This document shows positions 15,909 through 24,543 of a stretch of 32,000 nt of DNA, piece after piece. The position numbers and the translations under genes are program-made. Under the pieces are notes generated by a model. The model did not search any database, was not told where the DNA came from, and saw only the letters and a list, made by a program, of their open reading frames with translations. Position 1 is the stretch's first letter. Each line of letters starts with the position of its first letter. Origin of the DNA: an uncultured bacterium (GTDB taxonomy: Bacteria; Margulisbacteria; WOR-1; CAVSGV01). The stretch lies in the NCBI GenBank assembly GCA_963699255.1, contig OY969425.1, forward strand, positions 1,620,001-1,652,000, read 5' to 3'.

Positions 15909-18304
15909 GATTTTGGATTTTAACATTGATTGCTCCTTCTTTCGGATCAACTATCCAGGAAGAATTCATGAAGAGCAGCAACTTTGTGCGCCAGGCTGGA
16001 ATGGGCGGCGCGGCAACGGCGGTCTGCGACGACCTGAGCTCCGTCTACTATAACCCGGCAGGACTGGCAAAAGCCGGGCCGCTCGGGTTTTCGTTCGGGA
16101 CCATCGATACCAACAAGGAGCTGCTGGATGAGTACCGTTATTATTGCTACAACCTGGGCACTCTGGCTTATCTCGGATACGACAAGATACTTCCCACGGG
16201 AGAAAAGGTCAAGGCGGATACTTTCGGGATGGGCGTGCAGACCGGGATGGGGATAAGTTACGGCCTGACTTACAAGAACATTTTTATCGATACCAATGCC
16301 AAGGAAGAAAGGGGCTACAGCGCGGACCTCGGCCTCTTGTTGAAAGTGTCCCCGCAGGTCTCGATCGGCGTGCTGGGTCAGGACGCGCTGTCGGATAAGG
16401 TACTGGAGATACCTTCGAGCACGCGAATAGGTGCCGCTTACAGGCCTTTTGAAGACCGGCTGATAATCGCCGCTGACTCTGAGCTCGGAAGGGCCGGACC
16501 CGGAGATTTCACTCATTACGGAGTGGAGTGGAAGGTCGCCGACGGCCTTAAACTCAGGGCCGGCATCGACAGCGGCAATACCACTTTTGGATTGAGCCTT
16601 GATCTTCCTTTCATGAGGATCCATTACGCCGGCATGCTGGATAAGGATGCTGAAAGCGGTACGGTGCAGATGGTGGGCGGAGAGATAAGCTTTTTTGAAA
16701 GTCCGAAAAGACCTATGTCAGTGATAAGGCCGAAGGAATATGCTTTGATAGAGATCGGCGGGAACATCGTCGGAGGAGTGGGGGATTTCAGCTTTTTGGG
16801 CGGCGGCCGTATCGGGGCTGACTCGATCATTGAACACATAAAACAGGCGACAAAAGACCCTTACATTGACGGGCTGATCCTGAGAATAAAAGGATTTGAC
16901 GGGGGAATGGGTTCCCTGGCGATCGTGCAGGAGATCAGGAGCGAACTTTTAAAATCAAAAGAAAAAGGCAAAAAGATCGTTGCGTATCTGGAGGAGGGCA
17001 CGCTCGGGGACGAATATTATCTGGCGTCCGTCGCGGATAAGGTCGTAGCTCCGTCCGCGGGGACCGTCGGCGGGATAGGGAAATCGATAAACATCGTCAA
17101 GGTAAAAGGATTGCTTGAAAAACTGGGCATAGAATCGCAGCTCCTTTCAAAGGGAAAATACAAGACAACATTCAATATGTTCTCATCCGATATCACAAAA
17201 GAGCAGAGATTGATGATACAGGATATTCTTTCCGATCTGTACCGGCAGATGGTCACCGATATCGAGAGCTCCAGAAAAGGGAAGATATCCATGGAAAAGC
17301 TGAAAGCGATATCCGACGGCAGCATATTCTCCGCCGGCAAGGCAAAGGAGCTCGGGCTTATCGATGAGGTCGGATACTTCAAGGACGCGATGAGCGCCGG
17401 AGCGGACCTTTATGGATCAAAGGATGAAATAAGCGTTATTGAGCAAAAAGACCTGTTCGTAGATGATGCCGATGGATATTTGTTCGCGTTCCCGAACAAG
17501 ATAGCCGTGATAGAGATCGACGGCGATATCGTCACGGGAGGATCCGGCCAGAACATTTTATTCGGCGGCCATACCACGGGAGCCGATGTCATTTGCGATC
17601 AGATACGTAAGGCCGCGGATGACTGGCAGGTGAAGGCGATGATCGTGAGGATAAACAGCGGCGGTGGCTCCGCGGTCGCGTCGGGCCAGATATATTCGGA
17701 GCTGGTAAGAGCAAAGAAAAAAGACAAGGTGATCGTTGCTTCCATGGGGGACATGGCGGCTTCGGGAGGATATTACATAGCTTCAGCATGCAACAAGATA
17801 GTGGCCGACCCGGGGACAATAACCGGGAGCATAGGAGTGATAGACGAAAGCGTTCTCAATTATTCGGGGCTTCTGAAAAAGCTCGGGATCACGGCCGAAA
17901 GCGTAAAAGAAGGAAAGCATGCCGACATGTTCTCGGGGCTTCGAAAACTCTCCACCGAAGAGGTAAACTCCGTGAACGCATACATTGAAGAGACTTACCA
18001 GGAATTCATTAAGGCCGTGGCCGACGGAAGGGGGATGACTACGGGCGAGGTCGCGTCGCTTGCGGAAGGAAAGGTTTACACCGGCAGTCAGGCCCTTGAC
18101 GTTAAGCTTGTGGATAAGATGGGCAACTTTACCGATTCCGTTAAGCTCGCTGCGGACATCGCGAAGCTGTCGGGAGAGCCGCAGCTTGTCTATTACAGAC
18201 AGCAGAACATGTTCCTGCAGTTAGGAGGCGGAGCGGTAAAGATGCTGGGGCTGGGGAACGGCATATTTCCCGATCAGGGCGGGCTTGTGGAGTATAAGCT
18301 TTAA
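15827..18304 (+). CDS. sppA: Fusion protein: N-terminal outer-membrane barrel-like (PorV/UPF0164/TraF-like) region plus C-terminal tandem-domain signal peptide peptidase SppA (S49)
   Basis: N-terminal FVRQAGMGGAATAVCDDLSSVYYNPAGLAKAGPLGFSFG and repeated beta-strand-like segments up to IHYAGMLDKDAESGTVQMVGGEISFF. Then two S49-type domains, the second with MIVRINSGGGSAVASGQIYSEL and MGDMAASGGYYIASACNKIVADPGTITGSIGVI. Confidence 0.85.
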   Translation: MTNKSLNDKSINFNLFGFFRFIWVLSFGFWILTLIAPSFGSTIQEEFMKSSNFVRQAGMGGAATAVCDDLSSVYYNPAGLAKAGPLGFSFGTIDTNKELLDEYRYYCYNLGTLAYLGYDKILPTGEKVKADTFGMGVQTGMGISYGLTYKNIFIDTNAKEERGYSADLGLLLKVSPQVSIGVLGQDALSDKVLEIPSSTRIGAAYRPFEDRLIIAADSELGRAGPGDFTHYGVEWKVADGLKLRAGIDSGNTTFGLSLDLPFMRIHYAGMLDKDAESGTVQMVGGEISFFESPKRPMSVIRPKEYALIEIGGNIVGGVGDFSFLGGGRIGADSIIEHIKQATKDPYIDGLILRIKGFDGGMGSLAIVQEIRSELLKSKEKGKKIVAYLEEGTLGDEYYLASVADKVVAPSAGTVGGIGKSINIVKVKGLLEKLGIESQLLSKGKYKTTFNMFSSDITKEQRLMIQDILSDLYRQMVTDIESSRKGKISMEKLKAISDGSIFSAGKAKELGLIDEVGYFKDAMSAGADLYGSKDEISVIEQKDLFVDDADGYLFAFPNKIAVIEIDGDIVTGGSGQNILFGGHTTGADVICDQIRKAADDWQVKAMIVRINSGGGSAVASGQIYSELVRAKKKDKVIVASMGDMAASGGYYIASACNKIVADPGTITGSIGVIDESVLNYSGLLKKLGITAESVKEGKHADMFSGLRKLSTEEVNSVNAYIEETYQEFIKAVADGRGMTTGEVASLAEGKVYTGSQALDVKLVDKMGNFTDSVKLAADIAKLSGEPQLVYYRQQNMFLQLGGGAVKMLGLGNGIFPDQGGLVEYKL

Positions 18305-18307
18305 GTT

Positions 18308-18495
18308 CAGGAATTTGGGGAATTTGGAATACAGGAACTCAGTTTAGGAATACGGGAATAAGGGGGGAAAGGAAAAGAAAAAATCAAAAACGTGTTATTC
18401 CTATCTCCCTTTTTCCATTTTCCCTAAACTATATCCCCATATCCCTTTATTCCTATTCTCCTTAATTGTGTTCCTTAATTCCCTGATTCCTCAGT
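18308..18495. repeat. Low-complexity imperfect inverted-repeat region between convergent genes
   Basis: Left side rich in GGAAT/GGGGAATTTGG/GGGAATAAGG words, right side in their complements (CCCTTTATTCCTATTCTCC, CCTTAATTCCC). Confidence 0.5.
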
Positions 18496-18753
18496 AGAAA
18501 TGATTATGTAATTTATCTTCTCCGGATAGATCATGTTCAGCTTGCCTTTTGCCGCTTTCTCGATCCTCGGGAGCGCCTCTTCTTTTGCCACAAGATAATT
18601 CAGGTATCTATTCTCGGGCCTTATGCTATCAAGCTTCCGTTTTAGCTCATCGATCTCGTAGCCGGTTTTGATGCTGTTCGTGTATATCGTAAGATGTACC
18701 GCGGAAAGCAGGACAAAGACCGTCAATATTATAAAAGCTCTGAGTATTTTCAT
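18475..18753 (-). CDS. ftsL: FtsL-like small bitopic cell-division protein
   Basis: 92 aa, N-terminal TM then a short helical region; ATGA-coupled directly downstream of rsmH, the usual ftsL position. Assignment rests mostly on topology and context. Confidence 0.6.
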   Translation of the reverse strand: MKILRAFIILTVFVLLSAVHLTIYTNSIKTGYEIDELKRKLDSIRPENRYLNYLVAKEEALPRIEKAAKGKLNMIYPEKINYIIISTEESGN

Positions 18754-19691
18754 ATCCGTTCCGCCGCCCTCAGCTTCGCGCTTCTCGCTCTCGGATTCGA
18801 TCCTACCTCTTCAGGACCCGGGATAACAGGCTTCCTTGTGATCACAGCCAGCTTCCTTTTGTGATCACAGGTGCACTGCGGTTGTCTCGGAGGACAGATG
18901 CAATCCACGGACTCTCTCTTGAAGATGTTCTTGACCATGCGGTCTTCAAGAGAATGATATGATATCACGACTATCCTCCCGCCGGGAGCGAGAAGGTCGA
19001 TTGCGTCCTCCAGCGCGGTACGCAGGCTGTCGAGCTCCCCGTTCACCGCTATCCTGAAAGCCTGGAAAACCCTGGCAATGGATTTCGTGGCGAACTGGGG
19101 CGATGTCTTCGGGATGGAGCGCCTTATGATATCCGCGAGCCCAAGCGTTCCTTTGACGGGTCGGTTCCTGATGATAGCCGAAGCGATCCGTTTGAAAAAC
19201 CTTTCTTCGCCAAGGTCCCGGATGATACCCTCAAGTTCTTCTTTATCAAGGCTGTTCACCAGATCCTCTGCGGTACGGCCTTTTGACCTGTCCATCCTCA
19301 TGTCAAGGGGAGCGTCCGTCCGGAAGCTGAATCCGCGGCCTGAAGAATCGATCTGGTATGAGGATACGCCCAGGTCGAATAATATTCCGTTGATACCCGA
19401 TACCCGATGCCCGATACCTGACGCGCGATCATTGATTATCGATCTTATATTTGAGAAGTTGTCATGAATAAAAATGACGCGGCTGCCGAATTCCTTCAGG
19501 TTTTCCTTCGCCGCTTCAAAGGCTTCAGCATCCTGGTCGATCCCGATGAGGGCTATCTTGTCCGAAGCTTCGAGTATCGCTTTCGCGTGTCCGCCTCCGC
19601 CGAGCGTCGCGTCGACAATGACAGTATTCGGGCGGATATTGAGATATTCGATAACCTCTTTGAGCATTACCGGAATGTGTTTATAGATCAT
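18750..19691 (-). CDS. rsmH: 16S rRNA (cytosine(1402)-N(4))-methyltransferase
   Basis: HIPVMLKEVIEYLNI, VDATLGGGGHAKAIL, GILFDLGVSSYQID, GRGFSFRTDAPLDMRMD, ISYHSLEDRMVK. Confidence 0.97.
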   Translation of the reverse strand: MIYKHIPVMLKEVIEYLNIRPNTVIVDATLGGGGHAKAILEASDKIALIGIDQDAEAFEAAKENLKEFGSRVIFIHDNFSNIRSIINDRASGIGHRVSGINGILFDLGVSSYQIDSSGRGFSFRTDAPLDMRMDRSKGRTAEDLVNSLDKEELEGIIRDLGEERFFKRIASAIIRNRPVKGTLGLADIIRRSIPKTSPQFATKSIARVFQAFRIAVNGELDSLRTALEDAIDLLAPGGRIVVISYHSLEDRMVKNIFKRESVDCICPPRQPQCTCDHKRKLAVITRKPVIPGPEEVGSNPRARSAKLRAAERI

Positions 19692-19777
19692 GGTTATTTG
19701 GTGAAGGGAAAGGTGTTTTTATGAAAGTTGGTGTGGGATCGTGTCTTTCTCATCTCACATCTCCCGTCTCGCATCTC

Positions 19778-19933
19778 TTATTTCTTCTTCAGGCTGTTGT
19801 CAATGGAAGTTAATTTCTGATGGATCATGTAAAGCAGGACGGGCGCCGAGAACCACATGATGATAACGGAAAAGAAAAGCACCATCAATATAAGCCCGAA
19901 AAATCCGGTGAATACGGTGTTCATTAGCCTCAT
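19778..19933 (-). CDS. 51-aa single-TM small protein MRLMNTVFTGFFGLILMVLFFSVIIMWFSAPVLLYMIHQKLTSIDNSLKKK
   Basis: Complete ATG-to-TAA frame on the minus strand, missing from the ORF track; hydrophobic core and Lys-rich C-terminus; TATAAT at 19948-19943 on the minus strand. Confidence 0.5.
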   Translation of the reverse strand: MRLMNTVFTGFFGLILMVLFFSVIIMWFSAPVLLYMIHQKLTSIDNSLKKK

Positions 19934-19938
19934 AAGGT

Positions 19939-19968
19939 ATGGATTATAACACCACAATCCATTATAAT
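19939..19968. promoter_or_regulatory. Divergent promoter/operator candidate: dyad ATGGATT-N10-AATCCAT with TATAAT on both strands
   Basis: Dyad arms 19939-19945 and 19956-19962; plus-strand TATAAT 19963-19968; minus-strand TATAAT 19943-19948. Confidence 0.4.
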
Positions 19969-19981
19969 AAAGCTTCGTATT

Positions 19982-21175
19982 ATGTTCTCATTTCAAACAA
20001 AACTATCGATGCTTCGGGCCGTTTTGACGAAAAGATCGCCATTCTACATCCAGTTCTATATCTCAAAGGCGTGCAACCTGGAATGCAAGATGTGCAACAT
20101 AGTGGAGGCGAACGCCGACCTGAAACCTTTCAAGACGGAAAACATCGAGGCGATCGCGGACAACCTGGTGAGGATCGGCGCCGGGGTGGTCCTTCTTACC
20201 GGAGGAGAGCCGTTCCTTCGGCCCGATATCGATGAGATCGTGCGGATATTCAAAAAAAAGAACCTGGACGTGAGGATGCAGACGGCGGGGCTTATGTCCA
20301 AGAAAGACAAGATCGCGAAATGCGTCGAGAACGGCGCGAGGGACATAAACGTCAGCATAGACTCGCTCGATGAAGAGATGTCGGATTACATAAACGGAGT
20401 AAAGGGTTCGTGGCGCGACGCCATGAAGGCCGTCTCATTTATCTCCCGCACTTTCCCGCGGAAAGACTCCATCTGCGCGCTTGGGTGCGTTCTGTCGCGA
20501 TACAATGTGGATGAGATCGACGCGCTCCTCGACTTCGCGACAAGGATCGGCTGGTGGTTGTCCCTTGTTCCCGTGCACATCACGGAGCCGTCAAATCCCC
20601 TGAATTTCCGCGGATATGACGAATATTTCAAGTTCCGCGAAAAAGACTTTACGAAGGTCAAAGAGCTTATCGACCGGCTGAAGAAAAAGAAAAAGCATGG
20701 AGCCATGCTTTTTGATTCCGATGATTACCTTGATTCGATCTACCACTTCATCAGGACCGGGCACCCCAGCTGGAGGCACAGGGGCGTGTGCGACACGCCG
20801 AACCTTTATTTTGCCATATTGCCTGACGGCAGGTTCGCCCCGTGCTGCGACTTCCGGATGAACGAGGTCGTATACGTCTATGACAGGAGCTTTCCCGACA
20901 TTTACAGGACCGCGAAATTCAGGGATGAAGTGAAGTCCATCGCGAAGAAATGCCCCGGATGCAATTTCGGCAGCTTTCCGGAGATGACGCTCTCAGCCAG
21001 GTCGCTGCCGACGATATTCGAAAGGCTTATGCTCCAGTTCAGGGCGCAGTCCAGAGGGATAAGGCCCATTGAAGAGAGCGAATTGTTCAGGTTGATCGAT
21101 GAAGTAAAAAGCGGCTACGATATTTATAGAACTGGAAGAACATACCCGCACAGGGAAGAAAAGGTGAAGGGCTGA
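19982..21175 (+). CDS. Radical SAM protein with SPASM-like C-terminal cysteines
   Basis: SKACNLECKMC (CxxxCxxC), LLTGGEPFLRPD, and C-terminal CDTPNLYFAILPDGRFAPCCDFRM...CPGCNFG. Confidence 0.9.
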   Translation: MFSFQTKLSMLRAVLTKRSPFYIQFYISKACNLECKMCNIVEANADLKPFKTENIEAIADNLVRIGAGVVLLTGGEPFLRPDIDEIVRIFKKKNLDVRMQTAGLMSKKDKIAKCVENGARDINVSIDSLDEEMSDYINGVKGSWRDAMKAVSFISRTFPRKDSICALGCVLSRYNVDEIDALLDFATRIGWWLSLVPVHITEPSNPLNFRGYDEYFKFREKDFTKVKELIDRLKKKKKHGAMLFDSDDYLDSIYHFIRTGHPSWRHRGVCDTPNLYFAILPDGRFAPCCDFRMNEVVYVYDRSFPDIYRTAKFRDEVKSIAKKCPGCNFGSFPEMTLSARSLPTIFERLMLQFRAQSRGIRPIEESELFRLIDEVKSGYDIYRTGRTYPHREEKVKG

Positions 21176-21176
21176 A

Positions 21177-23576
21177 ATGTCAAATTTATCCCTGATGATG
21201 AAGCAGGTGAAGAGATACAAGACCGTCGGTTTCGGGACGGGAGGAGGGATACTGAAGCACTCGCTTTATCCATTAAAGCTCTTTAAACAGGTCCTTCCGT
21301 CGAGCGGAGTGATACTCGACCTCGGCTGCGGAGAGGGCATGCTCACAAACCTCCTGTCCGCCGCTCTTCCCGCGGCAAAGATCCACGGCGTGGACCTGGA
21401 CCGGGAGAGGATAGAGAAAGCGGAAAAAGTCGCCGGCCCCACGGCGGACTTCGCGGCAAAGGACATATTGGACTGCGATTTCAGGGGGGCTTCGGCCGCG
21501 ATATTCAACGACGTCCTTCATCATCATCCGAAAGACCACCAGGTCAAGCTTCTTGAAGCGGCCAATAAGTTCCTCGATGACGACGGCCTTCTTGTCCTGA
21601 AAGAAGTGGACATCAGGGACAGGGCCGACGTCGCCTGGACCACTTTCTGGGACAAGAAACTCTATCCGAATGACACCCTTAACTTCAGGGGGAAAAGCGA
21701 ATGGGAAAAGGTGCTTCGCGAGACCGGGTTCAGGGTCATCGGCATTCACAGGGTCAGGCATCCATGGCCGGCATCCAGGACCGTTATCGTCGCCACGAAG
21801 CGCCCAAAACTTGAAAGGATCGAATTCAAAAAGATCGATAACGCGAAAGACCTGACAAAGGTCCTTGTCACCGGGGCGACGGGATTCATCGGCGAGCATC
21901 TGGTGCGCGAGCTGTTAACTAATGGGATGGGCGGCAGGGACGTGCAGATATCGCTCATAGTGCGCGACCCCTGCGGACTTCCGGAAGAAATAAGAAGCAA
22001 CTCCAGGGTGAAGCTGATCGTGGCCGACCTGAAAGACCTCGCGTCAAAGCGCGGAGAACTTTACGGCCATGAATATGTTTATCATCTTGCCTCAAAGGTA
22101 GCTTTCTTTGCCGGCAGGGATATCATGGATGACAACGTTCTTCCGACAAAGAACCTCCTTGAAGCTGTTTCAGGGCCAAAGCTCAAAAGGTTCGTTTACG
22201 CCAGCACCATGGGAGCCCTTGACAGGTCGAAGACCGATGACTGCTCGAGCCCGCTCGACGAGAACTCCCCCGCGCATCCCGTATCTTTCTACGGCAGGAG
22301 CAAGCTCGAAGGGGAGAGGCTTGTAAAAAGCTCAAAGCTTCCCTATACGATAGTCAGGATACCATGGTGCTACGGCCCGGGGATGTCAAAGACGCATCAC
22401 GTGAGGGTGCTCTTTGAAAAACTCATGAAAGGCGGGTTGGTTTTCCGCGTCAACTGGCCGGGGAAAGTGAGCATCATCGAGGCCGGTGAACTCGCGAAGA
22501 TATTCACCGCCGCTGCGGCGGACCCGAAGGCCCTGAACGGGACTTTCTTTGCTTCCGACGGGGAGCCGATCTCTTTTGGAGAGCTCTTCCGTGAGATGGG
22601 ACGCGTCGCGGGCAGGAAGACGGGGAAGATCAATATTCCAGGGACCTTAATATCGATCGCGAAAATATTCAGACTGTTCGCGCCGTTCCAGATTAAATCC
22701 CTTTATATGGACGTGCTGGCGGTCTCGAACTCAAAGCTTGAAGGCATCGGCATCAAAGTTAAAAAAAGAGGAGCGGATTTCCTTCTTCCGCTTGCCAGAT
22801 ACATCAACGAGCAGAAATTCCCGTCAAGATGGCGGTCAAAGGCGCTCATTACTGGCGCCGCGAGCGGGATCGGGTTATCGCTTGCCAAAAAATTCTTCTC
22901 TCTCGGGTACGGCCTCATGCTTGTCGACAGGAACAAGGACCAGCTTGATAATATCGCAGGTGAGCTTAAGGCCGACAGGAGGGTCGCAGACCTGTCCGAC
23001 CGGACTGCCCTGAAAGAACTGTGCGGCGAACTTGTGTCAAAATTAAATGACATCGAGATCGTCGTCAATAATGCCGGTGTCGGAGCCAGGGGGAATTTTG
23101 ATGAAATGGAGTGGAGCGCGATAGAGAGGCTGATATCCGTCAATTGCGTCGCGCCCGCTATGATCAGCCGCGCGTTCATTCCCGTTTTCAGGAAAGCGGG
23201 GAGGGGAACGGTGATCAATGTCGCGTCGTCGTCGGCGTTCCAGCCTCTTCCGTTCATGGCCGCGTATTCCGCTTCAAAAGCGTTCATGCTGAATTTTTCA
23301 CAGGCGGTCTCGGCCGAAAGCCCGGTCGAGATAATTACCGTCTCTCCTTCAGGCACAGCAACGAACTTTCAATCATCATCGGGAGTGAAAAGAGACAAAA
23401 ATGAAAAGCTTCTTGATCCCGATGATGTGGCGGCTCAAATGATTTCAAAGATTGGCAAAGGCAGTAAATACTATATAATAGGCAGTTCGGGTAAGTTCAT
23501 GAGCTTTGTTTCACGCTTATTGCCCGCAGCTGTCCAACTTAAGCTGTGGAAGCGCCTCATGGGCAAAATGAGATAA
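21177..23576 (+). CDS. Tri-domain fusion: class I SAM methyltransferase, extended SDR (NAD-dependent epimerase/dehydratase), classical SDR
   Basis: Single 799-aa ORF with ILDLGCGEGMLTNLL; KVLVTGATGFIGEHLVREL plus YGRSK; KALITGAASGIGLSLAKKF, VNNAGVGARG and YSASKAFM. Confidence 0.9.
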   Translation: MSNLSLMMKQVKRYKTVGFGTGGGILKHSLYPLKLFKQVLPSSGVILDLGCGEGMLTNLLSAALPAAKIHGVDLDRERIEKAEKVAGPTADFAAKDILDCDFRGASAAIFNDVLHHHPKDHQVKLLEAANKFLDDDGLLVLKEVDIRDRADVAWTTFWDKKLYPNDTLNFRGKSEWEKVLRETGFRVIGIHRVRHPWPASRTVIVATKRPKLERIEFKKIDNAKDLTKVLVTGATGFIGEHLVRELLTNGMGGRDVQISLIVRDPCGLPEEIRSNSRVKLIVADLKDLASKRGELYGHEYVYHLASKVAFFAGRDIMDDNVLPTKNLLEAVSGPKLKRFVYASTMGALDRSKTDDCSSPLDENSPAHPVSFYGRSKLEGERLVKSSKLPYTIVRIPWCYGPGMSKTHHVRVLFEKLMKGGLVFRVNWPGKVSIIEAGELAKIFTAAAADPKALNGTFFASDGEPISFGELFREMGRVAGRKTGKINIPGTLISIAKIFRLFAPFQIKSLYMDVLAVSNSKLEGIGIKVKKRGADFLLPLARYINEQKFPSRWRSKALITGAASGIGLSLAKKFFSLGYGLMLVDRNKDQLDNIAGELKADRRVADLSDRTALKELCGELVSKLNDIEIVVNNAGVGARGNFDEMEWSAIERLISVNCVAPAMISRAFIPVFRKAGRGTVINVASSSAFQPLPFMAAYSASKAFMLNFSQAVSAESPVEIITVSPSGTATNFQSSSGVKRDKNEKLLDPDDVAAQMISKIGKGSKYYIIGSSGKFMSFVSRLLPAAVQLKLWKRLMGKMR

Positions 23577-23592
23577 GTTATCGAGGTAAAAT

Positions 23593-24543
23593 ATGGCGAT
23601 TAAAGAAACGCTGGACATAGTTATCCCCGTGTATAATGAAGAGGCCTGCATAAACAGGCTCATGGAGAGGCTTTTGTCCCTCAGGCAAAAAGCGGGGCCC
23701 CTGGAGATAAGCTTCATCTTCGTCAATGACGGCTCCACGGACAGCAGCGCGAAAATGCTCTTCGGCTATGCCGAAAAGCACGACTTCGTGAGGGTCATAA
23801 ATTTCAGCCGCAACTTCGGGCACCAGATGGCGGTAACGGCCGGGATAGACCATGCCGATGCGGATCACGTGGCTATCATCGACTCCGACCTCCAGGATCC
23901 TCCCGAGCTGATACTCGACATGCATAAGAAAGCGAAAGAAGGATTTGACATCGTATACGGGCAGAGGATCGCCAGGCCCGGCGACTCGTTCTTTAAAAGG
24001 GCGACCGCGCATTTTTTCTACAGGCTCATCAATGTAATGTGCGACATTGACATACCGTTCGATACGGGCGATTTTCGCCTTATCAGCAGGCGCGTGGCGG
24101 ACGAGCTGAAAAAAATGAGAGAAAAACACCGCTTCATCAGGGGGATGGTGCCGTGGCTCGGGTTCCGCAGCACGCCGCTGCCTTACAACAGGGAGAAAAG
24201 GTTCGGCGGCGAGACCAAATATCCGTTAAGAAAAATGGTCAGGTTCGCCCTTGATTCCATTTTCTCCTTCTCCAATGTTCCTTTGAAGATCGCCAACTAC
24301 CTGGGGATGGCGATCATATGTATCAGCGTTCTTGTCGGGCTGTTCCTGCTGTATTTAAGGCTCTTCACACGGTTTACCGTCCCCGGCATCACTTCTGTCC
24401 TTCTCGCGCTCATGTTCATCGGCGGGATACAGATAGTCATGACGGGGATAATAGGCGAATACATAGGCAGGATATTCGAGGAGTCAAAAGGCAGGCCCCT
24501 TTATGTCGTGTGGGAGACAAAGAACATCAGCAAAGGCCGCTAG
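23593..24543 (+). CDS. Family 2 glycosyltransferase, DPMS/GtrB-like with C-terminal TM helices
   Basis: DIVIPVYNEEACI, IFVNDGSTDSS, NFSRNFGHQMAVTAGIDHADADHVAIIDSDLQDPPE, then two TM segments. Confidence 0.93.
   Translation: MAIKETLDIVIPVYNEEACINRLMERLLSLRQKAGPLEISFIFVNDGSTDSSAKMLFGYAEKHDFVRVINFSRNFGHQMAVTAGIDHADADHVAIIDSDLQDPPELILDMHKKAKEGFDIVYGQRIARPGDSFFKRATAHFFYRLINVMCDIDIPFDTGDFRLISRRVADELKKMREKHRFIRGMVPWLGFRSTPLPYNREKRFGGETKYPLRKMVRFALDSIFSFSNVPLKIANYLGMAIICISVLVGLFLLYLRLFTRFTVPGITSVLLALMFIGGIQIVMTGIIGEYIGRIFEESKGRPLYVVWETKNISKGR

Noticed and set aside
19078-19467. 129-aa plus-strand ORF opposite rsmH
   Set aside because: rsmH motifs account for the region; no independent evidence.
22703-23356. 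217-aa antisense ORF within the SDR fusion gene
   Set aside because: Lies wholly opposite a well-supported domain (TGAASGIG, YSASK); repetitive Ser/Leu/Ala translation typical of antisense artefacts.
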